The notes beneath the pieces were generated by a model. It saw only the letters and a program-made list of their open reading frames with translations, had not been told where the DNA came from and made no database searches. A DNA stretch of 64,000 nt. Origin: Marinilabiliales bacterium (GTDB taxonomy: Bacteria > Bacteroidota > Bacteroidia > Bacteroidales > SZUA-534). The DNA is taken from assembly GCA_003512955.1 (NCBI GenBank), contig DOTG01000004.1:54087-118086 (forward strand), in the 5' to 3' direction. A program made the translations under genes and the position numbers. Shown piece by piece: positions 10,738 through 21,248 of the stretch. How positions within the stretch are numbered: position 1 is the stretch's first letter; every line of letters starts with the position of its first letter.

Positions 10738-12237
10738 ATGGGAAGTTATATTTTATCGCTCGACCAGGGAACCAGCAGCTCGCGGGCTATTTTATTTGAT
10801 ATAAAGGGACAAATTGTAGCATCGTCTCAAAAGGAATTTCCTCAATATTACCCGCAACCGGGATGGGTGGAACAAAACCCTGAGGAAATATGGCACAGCC
10901 AGCTTGAGGTGGCTCATGAGGTAATCCGAAAAGCGAAGATAAAACCACTTGAAATACATGCGTTGGGAATTACCAATCAGCGCGAAACGGCCATTATTTG
11001 GGACAAAACCACGGGCGAACCTATTTATCCGGCCATTGTTTGGCAGGATAAGCGTACTTCGGTTTTTTGCGACGAACTCAAAAAAGAGGGCTGGGCTCCC
11101 TATGTTCATGAAAACACCGGACTGGTTATTGACAGCTATTTTTCGGCCACCAAAATCCATTGGATGCTGAACCATGTTCCGGGAGCTATGGACCGGGCTA
11201 AGAAGAGGCAATTGCTTTTTGGGACTGTGGACACCTGGCTGATTTGGAAACTGACCAATGGGGCTATTCATGTCACCGATTTTACAAACGCCTCACGGAC
11301 CCTGTTATTCAATATAAAAACCTTGGAGTGGGATTTGGAATTACTTGCCCGCATGGGAATCCCAGACAAAATGCTACCTAAAGTGGTAGCTTCGAGCGAA
11401 AATATTGGGAACACACATCCTGAACTATTTGGGGGGATTCCGATTCCAATTGCCGGAATTGCCGGCGACCAACAATCGGCACTTTACGGTCAGGCTGGGT
11501 TTGAACCTGGGGTGGCCAAAAACACTTACGGTACCGGATGTTTTATTTTAATGAATACCGGAACTAAAAAAGTAACCTCTACGCACGGTTTGTTAACCAC
11601 ATTGACTTGCGGAACCCGGCAAGAGTATCCTCGTTATGCACTCGAAGGCAGTGTGTTTATTGCCGGTGCCGCCATCAAATGGTTGCGCGATGCCTTACAT
11701 CTGATAAAAAAAGCCGATGAAACCCTTGAAATCGCTGAGAATTTGAAAGACACTCAGGGAGTTTACGTGGTCCCGGCGTTTACAGGTCTGGGTGCCCCCT
11801 ATTGGGACATGACCGCCCGTGGAACTATTTTTGGATTGACACTTGGGGTTACCGATAAACATATCGTGAAGGCGACGTTGGAATCGCTGGCTTACCAAAG
11901 CAAAGATGTGCTGGATGCCATGGAAAAGGATGCCGGGGTAGCCATCAAGGTGTTAAATGTGGACGGTGGGGCATCAACCAACAACTATTTGATGCAATTC
12001 CAAAGCGATATTTTGAATGCCCAGGTGGATCGACCCGAAATTGTTGAAACCACCGCCTTGGGAGCCGCATTTTTAGCGGGTTTAGCTACCGGATTCTGGA
12101 AAAACAAAGACGAACTGAATCAAATCCGTAAGCTCAACCATTCCTTCAAACCTAAGATGGCTGAAGAATCGCGCATCCTTTTGCACGAAGGTTGGCAAAA
12201 AGCAGTAAACCGCTCCATGTATTGGGAAGACGAATAA
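10738..12237 (+). CDS. glpK: Glycerol kinase
   Basis: 499 aa. FGGY kinase signatures LSLDQGTSSSRAILFD, GITNQRETAIIWDK and GDQQSALYGQ. Confidence 0.95.
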   Translation: MGSYILSLDQGTSSSRAILFDIKGQIVASSQKEFPQYYPQPGWVEQNPEEIWHSQLEVAHEVIRKAKIKPLEIHALGITNQRETAIIWDKTTGEPIYPAIVWQDKRTSVFCDELKKEGWAPYVHENTGLVIDSYFSATKIHWMLNHVPGAMDRAKKRQLLFGTVDTWLIWKLTNGAIHVTDFTNASRTLLFNIKTLEWDLELLARMGIPDKMLPKVVASSENIGNTHPELFGGIPIPIAGIAGDQQSALYGQAGFEPGVAKNTYGTGCFILMNTGTKKVTSTHGLLTTLTCGTRQEYPRYALEGSVFIAGAAIKWLRDALHLIKKADETLEIAENLKDTQGVYVVPAFTGLGAPYWDMTARGTIFGLTLGVTDKHIVKATLESLAYQSKDVLDAMEKDAGVAIKVLNVDGGASTNNYLMQFQSDILNAQVDRPEIVETTALGAAFLAGLATGFWKNKDELNQIRKLNHSFKPKMAEESRILLHEGWQKAVNRSMYWEDE

Positions 12238-12275
12238 AAAGCAGGTGAAGATTCTGATCTGAATATTCGGTATTT

Positions 12276-13763
12276 TTATTCTTGTGGTTCCCGTTTTAAA
12301 ATCACATAGTTTGAATTGGCATATAATGGTTTGTAATGGGGTAACCCGGTAGTCCGTATTTCATGAAACGGATATTGGGTTAAGTTGGCAAATTCCTGGG
12401 CGACAATTATATAATTTACGCCCAACCTCGTGATAATTGAAGCCAATTCTTCGTTGGTTACCCGTTTCAGATTGTAATATTCCACATTTTTGTAAGAATA
12501 AATGGTGTAATTATCAATCTGGTTAAAGATAAATTCCCAGGGAGCCAGTACCTTTTCATGTTTGGGAATGTATCGGGCAAGCTCTTCATGAATCTCGGGA
12601 TAATTGGCATTGTATTTAAAAACCATCTTAAAACTGGTAGCAAGGTTCACCCCTTGAAAAACCAGGAGCAGCAATAGAATTACAAGTACCCGGTTTTTGC
12701 GGTTTTCCATGGCTTTTTGAATGCCCAGGGCGGTTATCAAGGCCATAATGGGCAAATAATACAATAAAAACCGTTCGGCTACATATGCCCCAAACAGATT
12801 CAGGCTGATGACCAGGATAAGGAAGTAGCGCATGATTTCAGGAATCTGCTTTATCAAGCTTTTAAAATATACAATCAGCATAAAAAAGAACAATGCAGAG
12901 GTGGCCATGGCCCGGTAACTCCAAAAGAATCGCTGGTGTTCGGTAAACAAAGCCTTCAACCGGATGAGGGCAATATTGCCTTTCAGCTTCACGGCTTCGT
13001 TTGGGACATTCTGAAATTCGCCAATAAAAGCTTTGATGCTTTCAACATTGGTCATATCCCAGAAATAAAGCATGCTTACAAAGAAGGTAACCAACGAATA
13101 TTTTACCCAAGCCTTATATTTACGGTAACTCAAAAGGTAAATAAAACCGGTTATGGCAAAAACATTCCCGTTAAAATGGGTCAGGAACGAAAGCCCGGCC
13201 ATCAACCCGGCAAGGATAACCAGATTTTCCCTCTCCTCTTTTATGGCACGGTACAAAAACAGGAATGAGCAGAATCCCAGAAGCATCATCGCCACATCGG
13301 GACGGAAAATAATGGCTTGTTCCAACACCAAAGGAGTAGAGATTAAAACAAATACCGGAAGCATCCAAAACCACCGTTCCTGGTTGGGGAAATGTTTGAT
13401 AATAAATCGCCGGTAAATAATTAAGAAAAGAATAAAAAGAGCAAGAACATAGGCTTTGAAAATCCAAAAATGCCAGCCAAAAAGTTTAATTAAACCCGCT
13501 CCCACATAAACGTGTAGCTTGTAAATGGCGTAAATTCTCACTGATGCCTGGTTCACCAAAGGCATCGACTTAAGCCGGACAACACCTTCGTTCAGCAACC
13601 AATAGGCCTGTTCGCCAAACCAGTTTTCATCGCTTTGGATAAACCGGTTCTTGAGGCTTACCAGAAACGCCAAGGCAAGAATGCCCATCATCCAAAGCAA
13701 TCCTTTTTTTGAGAATAAAGCCACGGCAAGGGTTTGGATGGGATTTTTATAACGAGTTTTCAA
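12276..13763 (-). CDS. Polytopic glycosyltransferase, GT39/ArnT-like
   Basis: 495 aa with more than 10 transmembrane helices. An acidic DE motif sits in the first loop (SDENWFGEQAYW), as in PMT/ArnT-type enzymes, and there is a soluble C-terminal domain. Family call is from memory. Confidence 0.5.
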   Translation of the reverse strand: MKTRYKNPIQTLAVALFSKKGLLWMMGILALAFLVSLKNRFIQSDENWFGEQAYWLLNEGVVRLKSMPLVNQASVRIYAIYKLHVYVGAGLIKLFGWHFWIFKAYVLALFILFLIIYRRFIIKHFPNQERWFWMLPVFVLISTPLVLEQAIIFRPDVAMMLLGFCSFLFLYRAIKEERENLVILAGLMAGLSFLTHFNGNVFAITGFIYLLSYRKYKAWVKYSLVTFFVSMLYFWDMTNVESIKAFIGEFQNVPNEAVKLKGNIALIRLKALFTEHQRFFWSYRAMATSALFFFMLIVYFKSLIKQIPEIMRYFLILVISLNLFGAYVAERFLLYYLPIMALITALGIQKAMENRKNRVLVILLLLLVFQGVNLATSFKMVFKYNANYPEIHEELARYIPKHEKVLAPWEFIFNQIDNYTIYSYKNVEYYNLKRVTNEELASIITRLGVNYIIVAQEFANLTQYPFHEIRTTGLPHYKPLYANSNYVILKREPQE

Positions 13764-13802
13764 TTTCGGAATTATTTGGTTGGATTGGGATTAAAAAAAG
13801 AG

Positions 13803-14711
13803 TTATGGCATGGGATGTCCTTGCGAGGCAACCAGAATTTGGAACCATTGTTCATCGGTTAACTCCAATTGCATAGCTTTTGCTGCCGAAAGGACCCGTT
13901 CTTTCTGAAAAGTGCCAATCACAGGAATGGGACCCGATGGGTGTTTTAACAGCCAAGCCAGTGCCACTTGGTCCAACGGGGGGTCTCCCAGTTCTGCGGA
14001 AATTTCATTCATCGCTTTTCTTACCTTTTGTGCCCGTTCCGATTGGCCGCTAAACAGACTGCCACCAGCCAACGGCGACCAAATCATGGGTTTTATCTGG
14101 TTTTTAATACAAGTATCCAATGTTCCATCATAAATAGGGTCCACATGCAATACCGACCATTCAATTTGGTTGGTAATCAAAGGCGTTTCCATCCGCTCAC
14201 TCAACATTTCGAATTGTGACGGGGTAAAGTTTGAAACCCCGAAATGCAGCACTTTTCCCGATTTTAAAAGCTTGTGAAACGTTCTATCCAACATTTCGGG
14301 GTGCATCAATGGGCTGGGACGATGAATCAACAGCAAATCCAGGTAATGGGTGTTTAAATCTTTAAGGGTCTGCTCCACCGAATGCACGATGTGATTTTCG
14401 GTAGTTACGTAGTAACCCAAACCCTTTTTTGCAGATGGCGAACCTGGCAAAACGATCGCGGTTTTAGAAACAATTTCCAATTTTTCGCGCAAAGAGGGTT
14501 CTTCTTTCAAAACCCGTCCAAAATATTTTTGACTTTGGTAATTGCCGTAAATATCAGCTTCATCGATAGAAGTAATTCCAAGGTCCAGACCATCGTGAAT
14601 CAATGAGGATATTTCCCGGGCAGGGACATCGTTGAGTCTCCATAACCCGAGAACAATATTCGATAACGATAAATTGGCTTTTGGGGAAAGTTGCTGTTTT
14701 TGCATAGTCAA
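13803..14711 (-). CDS. Aldo/keto reductase family oxidoreductase
   Basis: 302 aa. Typical AKR blocks: DEADIYGNYQSQKYFG, YLDLLLIHRP, HFGVSNF, SPLAGG. Confidence 0.85.
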   Translation of the reverse strand: MTMQKQQLSPKANLSLSNIVLGLWRLNDVPAREISSLIHDGLDLGITSIDEADIYGNYQSQKYFGRVLKEEPSLREKLEIVSKTAIVLPGSPSAKKGLGYYVTTENHIVHSVEQTLKDLNTHYLDLLLIHRPSPLMHPEMLDRTFHKLLKSGKVLHFGVSNFTPSQFEMLSERMETPLITNQIEWSVLHVDPIYDGTLDTCIKNQIKPMIWSPLAGGSLFSGQSERAQKVRKAMNEISAELGDPPLDQVALAWLLKHPSGPIPVIGTFQKERVLSAAKAMQLELTDEQWFQILVASQGHPMP

Positions 14712-14865
14712 TAACTTGATTTATGGGCAAAATTACTAAAAAATGTTGGATGGTACGGAGGGAAAAAACTCAGGTTACCGGCAGGTTTTGCAATGTAACC
14801 ATCAAGGCTGGCAGCAATGTAAACAATCAGTTTTCGTTCCCGGTCCATTTGGTCAGCATAAATGC

Positions 14866-16767
14866 TTAATAAGCCCGTTCGTCTTTCCCTTCGATGTAAT
14901 TGATAAAAGATTTTGTAACCACCTTGTTTCCTCCGGGAGTTGGGTAATTCCCCGTGAAATACCAGTCTCCCGGGTGGTTCGGGCAAGCCTTATGCAGGTT
15001 CTCAACGCTTTGATACACAATTTCAACTTCAGCCTTAACGCTTTCCGATTTCAGCAATTGGGCAACCTTTACTGACACTTGCTCAGGAGTAAATTCCCTG
15101 AAAATATGTTTCACATAATTGATGACATCTTCTTTGGGAAGGTTCTCTTGCTCTTTCGATTTCAGGTACACCTCCTGAATCAGATCTTCTTTTCCTTGAT
15201 CCTTCAACAATTCAATGCCTGCCTGGAACGCGATAAAATCGCCAAGTTTGGCCATATCGATACCGTAACAGTCGGGGTAACGGATTTGTGGCGATGAGGA
15301 AACAATTACAATTTTTTTGGGTCCCAAGCGATCCAGAATCTTTAGGATGCTTTGTTTCAGGGTTGTTCCCCTAACAATGGAATCATCAATAATAACCAGG
15401 TTATCAATTCCCCGGCGGATGGTACCATAAGTTATGTCGTACACATGACCTACCAAATCCTCACGTCCCTTGTCGGCGGAAATAAAGGTGCGGAGTTTCA
15501 CATCCTTAATGGCAACCTTTTCGACCCTTGGGCGGAGCGATAATATTTTCCGCAGTTCATCGGGTGTAATATTCGTTCCTTTGTCAAGAATCAGCCGCTG
15601 TTTTTCTTCAATCAGCCAATCTTCAACTCCTTTTATCATCCCATAAAAAGCCGATTCGGCAGTGTTCGGGATAAAGGAAAACACGGTATTTTCAATATCA
15701 TAGTTTACCGATTTGAGGATATCGGGAACTATCAATTCACCCAGTTTCTTCCGCTCTTTATAAATATCCTCGTCGCTGCCCCGCGAGAAATAAATCCGCT
15801 CGAAGCTACACGCGGTATTGGCTTGGGGAATGCGGACCACATCTTCCGAAACTTTCCCATTTTTCTTGATTATCAGCGCGTGACCCGGTTTCAGTTCCTG
15901 AACCTCATCAATCTTGATATTCATGACTGTTTGAATGGCTGATCTTTCAGATGCAGCAATTACAAACTCATCATCCTGGTGGAAGAAGGCTGGCCGGATT
16001 CCGTTCGGATCGCGAAATACAAAGGCATCTCCATGTCCAATCAGGCCTGAAATTACGTAGCCGCCATCCCAGTATTTACTGGCTTCTTCCAAAATTTTCC
16101 GCACGTCGAGGCTTTCAGCAATCAGGTCGGAAATCTGGACATTGGCATATCCTTCGTTTTTATATTGACGGAAAAGCCGTTGGTTTTCTTCATCTAAAAA
16201 GTGTCCTACTTTTTCCAAAATGGTCACGGTATCGGAATAATCTTTTGGGTGCTGCCCCAAATCCATCAGGTGTTTGAACAATTCATCTACGTTGGTCAGG
16301 TTAAAATTCCCTGCAATGACCAAATTCCTCGATTTCCAGTTATTCTCCCGCATCACCGGATGCACGTTCTCTATATTGTTGCGCCCAAAAGTACCATAAC
16401 GCAAATGGCCCAAATACAATTCGCCGGCAAAAGGGAGGTTGTTTTTTGCAAATTCCGGGTTGTTTAAATCCTCTTGGTTTCCTTCACTTTCGATGGATAA
16501 GCGTGAGTTTATTTCGGCAAAAACATTCACAATGGGAGTAGATGCATTGGAGCGGGACCGGCTGAGGTATTTTTTCCCGGGAGCAATGTCCAGCTTAAGT
16601 GATACCACGCCAGCTCCATCCTGCCCACGGTTCCTCTGTTTTTCCATCATTAAATAGAGTTTGTTTAAACCAAAGCGCCAAGTACCATATTTCTCCTGGT
16701 AATACGATAAGGGTTTTAACAACCTTATTAAAATAAATCCGCATTCATGCTTAATTGGATCGCTCAT
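14866..16767 (-). CDS. purF: Amidophosphoribosyltransferase (long Bacteroidota-type PurF)
   Basis: 633 aa. N-terminal Ntn-amidotransferase Cys (KHECGF) and a C-terminal PRTase motif LVIIDDSIVRGTT. Confidence 0.88.
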   Translation of the reverse strand: MSDPIKHECGFILIRLLKPLSYYQEKYGTWRFGLNKLYLMMEKQRNRGQDGAGVVSLKLDIAPGKKYLSRSRSNASTPIVNVFAEINSRLSIESEGNQEDLNNPEFAKNNLPFAGELYLGHLRYGTFGRNNIENVHPVMRENNWKSRNLVIAGNFNLTNVDELFKHLMDLGQHPKDYSDTVTILEKVGHFLDEENQRLFRQYKNEGYANVQISDLIAESLDVRKILEEASKYWDGGYVISGLIGHGDAFVFRDPNGIRPAFFHQDDEFVIAASERSAIQTVMNIKIDEVQELKPGHALIIKKNGKVSEDVVRIPQANTACSFERIYFSRGSDEDIYKERKKLGELIVPDILKSVNYDIENTVFSFIPNTAESAFYGMIKGVEDWLIEEKQRLILDKGTNITPDELRKILSLRPRVEKVAIKDVKLRTFISADKGREDLVGHVYDITYGTIRRGIDNLVIIDDSIVRGTTLKQSILKILDRLGPKKIVIVSSSPQIRYPDCYGIDMAKLGDFIAFQAGIELLKDQGKEDLIQEVYLKSKEQENLPKEDVINYVKHIFREFTPEQVSVKVAQLLKSESVKAEVEIVYQSVENLHKACPNHPGDWYFTGNYPTPGGNKVVTKSFINYIEGKDERAY

Positions 16768-16883
16768 GCTTATTGATGTTTTTATTTGTATTGATTGCCT
16801 GCTGATAACTTAAAAATGCACCATTTGATTTGGATGCATCCACCTCCGGAAGGATTGTCAGAATGCCTGGATTGAAAAAAGGT

Positions 16884-17375
16884 TTAATTTGTTCCATATC
16901 CTAATTTGGGATATTTGATTTTTGATTTTACAATGTAAGAGTTTGGAAATTTTTTCCGCACCTGATGAAAAAATTCGTAGGCTTCATTTTTATTCCGATA
17001 ATCCCCTACTCTCAATTTAAAATATGGAGCCTGATATTCTGTATAAATCAGTGAGGCATCAAAATCGGGAAATGATGTTTGGAATTCTTCAATGAGTTGG
17101 TTGAGTTTTTCGCGGGCATTCTGGTCCGAACCGGAATAAATCTGTATTCTAAAACCATTCAAACCCTCTTTTTCGTTCATCCGGATGCTTTTTTCCACCA
17201 GTACATTTAAGGAGGGGTCTTGAGTAATTTCAATCTTGCCGCCTGTGCTTTTAGCTTGTAATTGCAGGAAAATATCTTCACTTATGTTTAAGGAATCCTC
17301 CTGTTTGGACTGTCCAAATAGAGTTGTCCCAATAAAGAGGCAGGCAAACACTACATACAGAATCTTTAACTTCAT
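16884..17375 (-). CDS. SPOR-domain protein
   Basis: ORF 16884..17396. Likely start at MKLKILYVVFACLF (17375), which looks like a signal peptide. The C-terminus is a SPOR pattern: FRIQIYSGSDQNAREKLNQ...YFKLRVGDYRNKNEAYEF. Confidence 0.75.
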   Translation of the reverse strand: MKLKILYVVFACLFIGTTLFGQSKQEDSLNISEDIFLQLQAKSTGGKIEITQDPSLNVLVEKSIRMNEKEGLNGFRIQIYSGSDQNAREKLNQLIEEFQTSFPDFDASLIYTEYQAPYFKLRVGDYRNKNEAYEFFHQVRKKFPNSYIVKSKIKYPKLGYGTN

Positions 17376-17522
17376 TCCCTTTTTTTTGATGTGCAAAGAT
17401 ACTAATTTTTGGCAGATACCACGGCGTCATTGTTTCTTCATACAGCGTATCCAAAATGGCAACTTCCCAGGTAAATCAGCCATTGGTGTGGAAATGCAGC
17501 CCTTTTTGTTAAAAAATTGTTG

Positions 17523-17556
17523 AAACAAAAAAGTCTCCTAAATTCGGAGACTTTTC
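17523..17556 (-). terminator. Rho-independent terminator downstream of 17569..18336
   Basis: Perfect 7-bp stem AGTCTCC (17532-17538) / GGAGACT (17546-17552) with loop TAAATTC. It is flanked by an A-run and a T-run, so the minus strand reads hairpin + TTTTTTG. Confidence 0.75.
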
Positions 17557-17568
17557 TATAGTTTTTTC

Positions 17569-18336
17569 TTAATCGCGACCAGATAGATAGGAGAGCAGAC
17601 GAAGGATTTCGAGGTACAACCAAATAAGGGTGACCATCAACCCAAAAGCTCCATACCATTCAAAATAACCAGGCAATCCAGCTTGCGATCCTTTTTCGAT
17701 GAAATCAAAATCAAGTACCAGATTTAATGCGGCTACTACCACAATAACCAGGCTGATGATAATGCCCAAAGTTCCACCACCGTGCATAAAAGACATGTTC
17801 ATGCCAAAAAGTCCTAGAATAAAACTGACAAGATAGGCTACTGCAATTCCAGCAGTGGCAGCAAAGATGCCTGCCCTTAGTTTATCGGTAACTTTAATAA
17901 TCCGCGATTTATAGGCAAACAAAAGGGCAAAAAGCACTGCAAAAGTTAAAGACACAGCCCGAAGTACCAAACCAGGGTACATCGCCTCAAAGAATGCAGA
18001 GATAGCACCTATAAATAGGCCTTCTAAAACGGCATAAATAGGGGCCAGAATGGGAGACCATTCTTTTTTAAACATCGTAATTAAGGCTACTACAAAACCT
18101 CCAATACCACCTACCAGCATCCAAACTAAAACGGTTGAGCCGGCAGCGGCGGGTTCGGTAACATTAAAAAACTTGCTCCAACTAAAAGCAGCACCAGCTA
18201 AAGCCAACAGTAGCATGATGGCAATTTTGTTAACAGTTCCTTGTACTGTCATCACTCCCGATTCAGTGCGTTGGAAAGCAAAATCCCGAATCAGTTTTTC
18301 ATTCATTGTTGGATTTGATGATTTCATCCTTTTCAA
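17569..18336 (-). CDS. Bax inhibitor-1/YccA-family membrane protein
   Basis: 255 aa with seven hydrophobic helices. The N-terminal SNPT...FAFQRTESGVMTVQGTVNK is typical of the BaxI_1 family, from memory. Confidence 0.75.
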   Translation of the reverse strand: MKRMKSSNPTMNEKLIRDFAFQRTESGVMTVQGTVNKIAIMLLLALAGAAFSWSKFFNVTEPAAAGSTVLVWMLVGGIGGFVVALITMFKKEWSPILAPIYAVLEGLFIGAISAFFEAMYPGLVLRAVSLTFAVLFALLFAYKSRIIKVTDKLRAGIFAATAGIAVAYLVSFILGLFGMNMSFMHGGGTLGIIISLVIVVVAALNLVLDFDFIEKGSQAGLPGYFEWYGAFGLMVTLIWLYLEILRLLSYLSGRD

Positions 18337-18426
18337 TTTTAATTAACAAATTTTCAATTGGTATTCTTAAAAATTCCGTCGGTCATTCTCAAAAATCAGA
18401 CCGGAAAAAAGTAAAACAATAACATT

Positions 18427-19128
18427 CTATTTCGTGTTGAACCATAAAAACTCCTCACCTAGCCTATAAACATTGAGTTTTTCGGATTGCATCAACCGGA
18501 CGGCCAATTCTTTCATCTCGGCATTATATACATCCGAAACCACTGAAAGGCTCTGCATCACAAAACTCAAAGATTGGTGAACCATCACTTGGTCGATGGC
18601 CGCCATCTCACCGATTTGAGTAAAAACCATTGCTTTTAAATCATCAGCAAGGGAACCTCCCTGCCGGATGTGCCATCCAACCGAATAAAGTGCCAACGTT
18701 TTTTCTTCCAAAGTGCCAGCCATCCAGGTTTCTACCAACCCGGGCAAATAGGGCAACCGGGCAAATAAATTTCTGGAATATTGTTCCCGTAGTTCTTGAT
18801 TGACTATTTTTTTTGCAATAATCCGGGCCTTCTCAATGGGCAAATCAGTTACATCAAACAGGCTGGAAGCCAAAATTCTCGTCTCGCGGATATCACGTTC
18901 CCACAATAAAAAAGCCAACTCATTGTTGGGTTCGAATTCTGACACCACCTGGCGCAAATGGGGAATAGAAACCCCATAACTCAACTGATAATCCAAACCC
19001 ATGTTGCGAAGTATCTTAGCTACATCACCATTCTGCATGTGCGAAATCTTCCGTACGATTTTCTTATAATTCTCTTTTGTATCGGTAGCTACTTCTTTTT
19101 TCAATCTTATGGTTAATTTGAGTTTCAA
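18427..19128 (-). CDS. DNA alkylation repair (HEAT-like repeat) protein
   Basis: 233-aa all-helical protein. The pattern ILRNMGLDYQLSYGVSIPHLRQV...LWERDIRETRILAS resembles the AlkD-like or DNA_alkylation family, from memory. Confidence 0.5.
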   Translation of the reverse strand: MKLKLTIRLKKEVATDTKENYKKIVRKISHMQNGDVAKILRNMGLDYQLSYGVSIPHLRQVVSEFEPNNELAFLLWERDIRETRILASSLFDVTDLPIEKARIIAKKIVNQELREQYSRNLFARLPYLPGLVETWMAGTLEEKTLALYSVGWHIRQGGSLADDLKAMVFTQIGEMAAIDQVMVHQSLSFVMQSLSVVSDVYNAEMKELAVRLMQSEKLNVYRLGEEFLWFNTK

Positions 19129-19175
19129 AAATTATGGGCGGGGGAATATAAAAAATTCCGAAGCCACATATTTTT

Positions 19176-19205
19176 TACAAAAAAAGCCCCGGTTTTACCA
19201 GGGCT
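19176..19205 (-). terminator. Rho-independent terminator after tRNA-His
   Basis: Stem AGCCC(C)GG (19185-19192) / CC(A)GGGCT (19198-19205) with loop TTTTA, followed on the minus strand by TTTTTTTG. Confidence 0.7.
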
Positions 19206-19209
19206 TTTG

Positions 19210-19284
19210 GGTGGAAGATGGGGCTCGAACCCACGACCAACGGAACCACAATCCGCTACTCTAACCTACTGAGCTACATCCACC
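19210..19284 (-). tRNA. tRNA-His (anticodon GTG) with encoded G-1
   Basis: The reverse complement reads G-GTGGATG-TA-GCTC-AGTAGGTTA-GAGT-A-GCGGA-TTGTGGT-TCCGT-TGGTC-GTGGG-TTCGAGC-CCCAT-CTTCCAC-C. This folds as a cloverleaf with one T:T mismatch in the acceptor stem. The anticodon loop TTGTGGT gives GTG. The extra 5' G opposite the discriminator C is the tRNA-His hallmark. No CCA is encoded. Confidence 0.9.
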
Positions 19285-19423
19285 ATTTTGCGGTTGCAAA
19301 TATAACTAATAAAAATCCATTTTTCCAAGAACCTGTTTTGAATTCTACAAAAATATTTGACTACCTGCATAAGCTTGTTAATTCTAATATTGTTGCATGG
19401 TTTAGTGCCTTTAAAACAAAGAA

Positions 19424-20482
19424 TTACGAAACAACTTTTTCCTCTTTTGCAGGGAATAATATTGAAAGTAACACACTCGAAACCAACACAAACAATATAA
19501 AATATAAGGAATAGACCGATTTAAACCCGATAGCCTCCAACCAGGTATGAGCCAACAGCTTGATACCCACAAAAATAAGCAACACCGAAATACCTATTTT
19601 CAGGAAGTGGAATTTATTTACCACATGGATGAGCAGAAAGAACATGCTCCGTAGCCCTAGAATGGCAAAAATGTTCGAAAAGAATACCACAAAAGGATCA
19701 CGTGTGACGGAGAAGATGGCCGGAATGGAGTCGGTGGCAAAAATCAGGTCGGTAAACTCCACCATTACCAGCACGATAAACAAGGGTGTAATATAGGTGT
19801 ATTTTTTGCGGCGGACAAAAAAATTGTTTTTTACATATTTTGGAAAAACCCTGAAGTACCTGGAAAGGAATTTAACCAATGGATGGTTTTGTGGTTCAAT
19901 TTTTTCCTCTTTATTTCGGTCAATGAACATTTTTGCCCCGGCATAAACCAAATAGCCTCCAAATATCAGAAGCACCCATTCAAATTTGTGGATTAAAGCT
20001 GCACCTATAAAGATGAATAAAAACCGAAGTACAATAGCCCCTAAAATCCCCCAAAACAGGACAGGTTTATAAGCCTCCGGTTTTACCGAGAAAGCGGTTA
20101 ATATCATGATAATCACAAACAAGTTGTCAATCGATAAAATTTCTTCAATCAAATAACCTGATAGGTAATCAATGGCCATGGTTTTGCGATACATGGTCAG
20201 AGCCTCTTCAAAACCAAGTCCTGAGAGATTTAGGTGGGGTGTATAATTGCTGGCTACCCTGATTAAATCGTCGAGGGAATGTATCCCATGCATTTTTTCG
20301 CCATGAAAAAACAGAAAAACGCCAAAGGCTAAGGCAAAGGTAATCCAAACTAATGTCCAACCGGCAGCTTCTTTAAACGACACCATGTGGCTTTTACGTC
20401 CTATGACTAATAAGTCGAGAAGTAATACGGATACTACAAAAATCAGAAAACCTCCCAAGAAAAGTGTTTCAATATTAAACAT
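19424..20482 (-). CDS. TerC-family integral membrane protein
   Basis: 352 aa. TerC signatures LSIDNLFVIIMILTAF and EFTDLIFATDSIPAIFSVTRDPFVVFFSNIFAILGLRSMFF. Confidence 0.85.
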   Translation of the reverse strand: MFNIETLFLGGFLIFVVSVLLLDLLVIGRKSHMVSFKEAAGWTLVWITFALAFGVFLFFHGEKMHGIHSLDDLIRVASNYTPHLNLSGLGFEEALTMYRKTMAIDYLSGYLIEEILSIDNLFVIIMILTAFSVKPEAYKPVLFWGILGAIVLRFLFIFIGAALIHKFEWVLLIFGGYLVYAGAKMFIDRNKEEKIEPQNHPLVKFLSRYFRVFPKYVKNNFFVRRKKYTYITPLFIVLVMVEFTDLIFATDSIPAIFSVTRDPFVVFFSNIFAILGLRSMFFLLIHVVNKFHFLKIGISVLLIFVGIKLLAHTWLEAIGFKSVYSLYFILFVLVSSVLLSILFPAKEEKVVS

Positions 20483-20657
20483 ATATTATTTTATTTTGGG
20501 CAAAGATAGAATTATCTATCGATACCAAAAGTGATTGAAATGGAAATATGTGATGCACTTTTTAAGGTGCAAGTATATCGGCCGGGTGCATTCTAAAAGG
20601 AAAAGCCTCCAATTCCCGCAATTTAATTACCTTTGATTGCCTAAATTTTCAATAAAG

Positions 20658-21227
20658 ATGAAAAAGATTTTTTCCTACTTCCTGCAAGGATTATTTTATA
20701 TAGCTCCCATTGGGCTAACGGTTTACATAATTTATTGGTCGTTCACTTATGTTGATGGTTTTATTCAGAAAGCACTTCAATCTTGGGTCCATTTTAAAAT
20801 ACCGGGATTGGGTATCGTGGCCATTTTCTTCTCACTGGCTTTGTTAGGTTTTTTAGGCCAGACATTTATTGCCACACCCATCAAAAACCTTTTTAACCGG
20901 GTTATCGATCGGACACCCATTGTAAAAGTAATTTATTCCGCGTTACGCGATCTGTTTTCGGCCTTTACGGGGAAAGAAAAAAAGTTCAGCAAACCTGTGT
21001 TGGTAAAGGTGAATAAGGTTTCGGAACTTGAAAAAATCGGTTTTATTACCGAAACGGACCTTAGCCAGTTAAATGTTTCGGAAAAGGTGGCTGTATATTT
21101 CCCTCACGCTTATGCTTTCTCCGGGGAACTGTTTATAGTACCTACGGATAACATCACTCCAATAGATGTACCTGCCGCCGATGTAATGAAGTTCATCGTC
21201 TCCGGTGGAGTATCGGGTTGGAGTTAA
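20658..21227 (+). CDS. DUF502-family membrane protein
   Basis: ORF 20637..21227. Likely start at MKKIFSYFLQGLFYIAPIGLTVYI (20658). It has two N-terminal transmembrane helices and a soluble C-terminal domain. Family from memory. Confidence 0.65.
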   Translation: MKKIFSYFLQGLFYIAPIGLTVYIIYWSFTYVDGFIQKALQSWVHFKIPGLGIVAIFFSLALLGFLGQTFIATPIKNLFNRVIDRTPIVKVIYSALRDLFSAFTGKEKKFSKPVLVKVNKVSELEKIGFITETDLSQLNVSEKVAVYFPHAYAFSGELFIVPTDNITPIDVPAADVMKFIVSGGVSGWS

Positions 21228-21248
21228 CTTTCTAACTGTTTTGGGAAC

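Noticed and set aside
19218-19514. 98-aa + strand ORF
   Set aside because: It starts inside the tRNA-His gene, on the opposite strand, and runs into the 3' end of the TerC gene. It has no protein-like features.
20483-20640. Possible yybP-ykoY (Mn2+) riboswitch upstream of the TerC-family gene
   Set aside because: I read the minus-strand leader and found none of the conserved riboswitch blocks, such as a GGGGAGUAG-like segment. There is no support in the sequence.
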